Source of the DNA: Geosiphon pyriformis uo1
Taxonomy: Eukaryota > Fungi > Glomeromycota
Length of the DNA: 64,000 nt
Reading direction: 5' to 3'
Assembly: GCA_016748015.1 (NCBI GenBank)
Contig: JAAOMT010000098.1
Coordinates: 325,635 to 389,634 of the forward strand
This document shows positions 61,361 through 64,000 of this stretch, one piece after another; the first letter of the stretch is position 1, and each line of letters opens with the position of its first letter. The notes under the pieces were generated by a model. That model was not told the DNA's origin. It worked only from the letters and a program-made list of their open reading frames with translations, and did not search any database. The position numbers were made by a program, and so were the translations under genes.

Positions 61361-64000
61361 AACTTTCTCTCATCAATCTTCTGGCCACTGCAAAAGCAAA
61401 GAATTTTTTAGGAGAAATCATTTTACTTTATTCTTTTACCCTTCGTTCACCAAGTCATTTCTTCTAATATACCTCTATTTGTTGTAATGGAACTGGTAGG
61501 CTCTTTTGCTGGTGGTTCTGGCTCGGTTTCGGCTGGTTTGAGGACCCGCCAGAGTGCGAAAAAGAAGCGCGTAGATACAGTCTACTCTCGGAATGCATTC
61601 TACAAGAAACCGAAAAAGCCTGCTGCTGGTAATGTGGTTAACTCATCTGCTGGATCGCTAAGCCTGGAGGATATTGATGGTGCTAGTACCAAGCCTGTGG
61701 TGTTCTGGGGCAGTGAGGTTGGCAGTGTTGCTAGTAGTGTCAGTGGTCTCTTGGATGTCGAAGATATGGCGAATATGGTGGCTGAAGAAACCTGCTATGT
61801 AGAATCAGGTGAAGATGATGGCATGAATGAAACTATGCCGAGAAAAACTTGTACTTAAACATACGTGCTGAGCAATTCACTGAAGCAATCTTTGTTCGAC
61901 TGTATGAGTGACGATAATGATGTGCTAGAGCTTCCTCCCCCTAAGTTTGATGGTGTCAATCAGGTGCTGCATATCAGGTCACATGCCCTGAAAAAAAGGA
62001 ATTTCGAGCCAGTAAAATCTTTCACATTAGATATTAAGATTTCAGCAGTACCTGGGAAAACAAATGTTGATAAGTTAATGGCAATTAAAAAAATTTTTTA
62101 TCGAATTGATGGATTTGGGAGAGCTTCGACTTCCTTAAAATTTCCTGGCATAATAAGATCTACATTCACTTCTGAATTAAGTTTGAGCAGGGCAAAAGAT
62201 ATGACGATCAGTGAAAAAATCATGGTAAATAATGATCTCAGAACAGTAAACAGTTGTTTGGATCAGAAGGTGATAATCAAAGAGATCTCTGTTGATCTTC
62301 CCAAATCTGTGGTTAAGGCGGTGTTTTCTAAATTTGGAAAAATTGCGTCAATCAAGATGCAGCTCATTGGTCTTTGGCAAAAGGCCCTGGTAGAATTTGA
62401 ATCATTGGAGGTAGCTGATTTGGTCGCAGCTAGATGGTCTGTTCTTGTGGGAAAAGATTCTGTTTGTGTGGTAAAAGCTGTCGATGATAAACAATCATGA
62501 GTATCAAGGGATAGGTTTCAGGCTTTGTTGTATACTTTTCCAATTGGCATGACTGCTTATAATTTGTCTGAATTGGTAAAGGCTTATGGTGGAAAAACTT
62601 GTTTTATAGGCCATAATCCAATTTCATATGTTCGTGATCAGTGTGCTGTAATTTGTTTTGAAAGTGAGGCATCCAGATTGGCTGCTATTGATTCGGTTTT
62701 GGTCTTTAAGGGTGTGGGCTTGTATTGGACTGGTCTTTCTTTGGCCAGTTGTGCTCATTGCAAACTGTTTGGTCATACTGCTGTTAACTGTTCTGTGAGT
62801 AAGAGGTCTGGTGGTCATGGAAAACATGTGGTAACTTCTCAGGATAAGATACGGTTGGCCAATATTTATAGAAAGAAGTAGGCGCCAATTGTTTGCCCAG
62901 TTTCTTTTGGTGGAAAGACATGGGCCCAAGTGGCAGGCGGCTCTCCCTTTCATGTTGTCTCTTCAGGTGCTCCTGGTGTTGGTTTGATCTCGGGTTCAAA
63001 AGCTTTCTCAATAGATTTCTTCTCGTCTGGTGCCGTTGATTTGGGTGGTCAACTAATTGTACTAGAATGCTTCATGGAAATTCTCTCAGATCAGGTCTCA
63101 CTCATTTTAAAGAAATTGAGTTTCGTTGATTTGGTGTCTTTGGCACCCCTTCCCTTAGCTCTTTCTTTAGTGTCTCCAACTACCGTTGTTTCAGATATGG
63201 ACTCAGGTTTGGCTTTGAATGGTACGTTGCCATCATCTGCCTCCTCTCTCCCCAATGTTGGTGAGTTGGTTGTTGACTTCAGTCCAAGCAGTTCTAAGGT
63301 TCTAACTGCCAAGATTGGCAGTTTGGAGTCGAAAATAATGGCTCTGAAGGCTTTAATTCACTCAGTTTTGGGTAGGTTGGATTATTTGCATTCTGGATTG
63401 GGTTCGTCAGCTCTTCCTTTGCCTCAATGAGTAGTTTGGTCTGGAAATTTGCTACGTGCAATGTTCGGGGTATCAATGTTCCTGTGAAGCAAGCAGATGT
63501 TGTTCATTGGTATGTAAACTTGGGAAACATGGTTTTTTTTATCACTGAGACAAAGTTGAGGTCCTCTTCTGGGCCATGAATAAAAGATAAATTTAATGGA
63601 ATGCGAATTTTTTCTTCAGGATTGGATAAAGGTTTTATGGATGCTGGAGTTGCAATTATTATGAACATTTCTTTGGCTCATCATGTATCTAAGGTGGAAG
63701 AAATTCTTGGTCGGGTTGTTTCTGTTCAGCTCTTGTTTAAGCTCTTGGTTACTGTTTTGGGGTTGTATGCTGGTGCTTCTTCTGGGGCTAGGTTTGGTCA
63801 GATTTCTAAAGTTAACTCTCTTATTGCAAAGGCTGTCAACTCCAGCAATTTTGTTATCTTGGGTGGGGACTTTAATGAGAATAGATCTAGTAAAAGTGCT
63901 AGTTTCAAGTTTTGTTTGAGTTTGGGTTTGGTCAATTTATTTGTTGGTCATTATTTGGCTGATTCTCATATGTGGAGCAATTCAAGAGGGGTTGAAAAAA
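61361..64000 (+). mobile_element. LINE L4 (family A-like), 5' part; runs off the window
   Basis: ORF1 61487-63430 in one frame (MELVGSFAGGSGSVSAG..., CAHCKLFGHTAVNC); ORF2 APE from 63427 (ATCNV, TETKL, GGDFNE). Confidence 0.93.

Overview
This AT-rich eukaryotic window is almost entirely nested, decayed transposable elements, with no intact host gene. The proteins look like early-diverging fungal (Glomeromycota-type, e.g. Geosiphon) repeats; that is recollection only, not verified. (1) One Ty3/Gypsy LTR family is present as six partial or complete copies plus a solo LTR. It has ~0.8-0.9 kb LTRs (TGTTAC...GTAACA), 4-bp TSDs and an unusual layout: one long Gag-PR-[Cys-rich]-dUTPase-RT-RNaseH frame, a stop, a separate integrase ORF, then a ~210-aa ORF3. 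One complete copy (19927-30009) sits inside another (15434-35502), which interrupts a LINE. (2) Four LINEs from two families (ORF1 RRM-like + CCHC; ORF2 APE-RT-RNaseH-Zn) have ATGA stop/start overlaps. (3) A 604-bp deleted Tc1/mariner element. Copies are inactivated mainly by C>T/G>A transitions. The main non-TE anomaly is a 63-bp CpG-rich near-perfect palindrome (59661-59723) made of CArG and E-box motifs. It survives in near-pure A/T sequence beside a 1.6-kb AT tract. All coordinates were read by eye.
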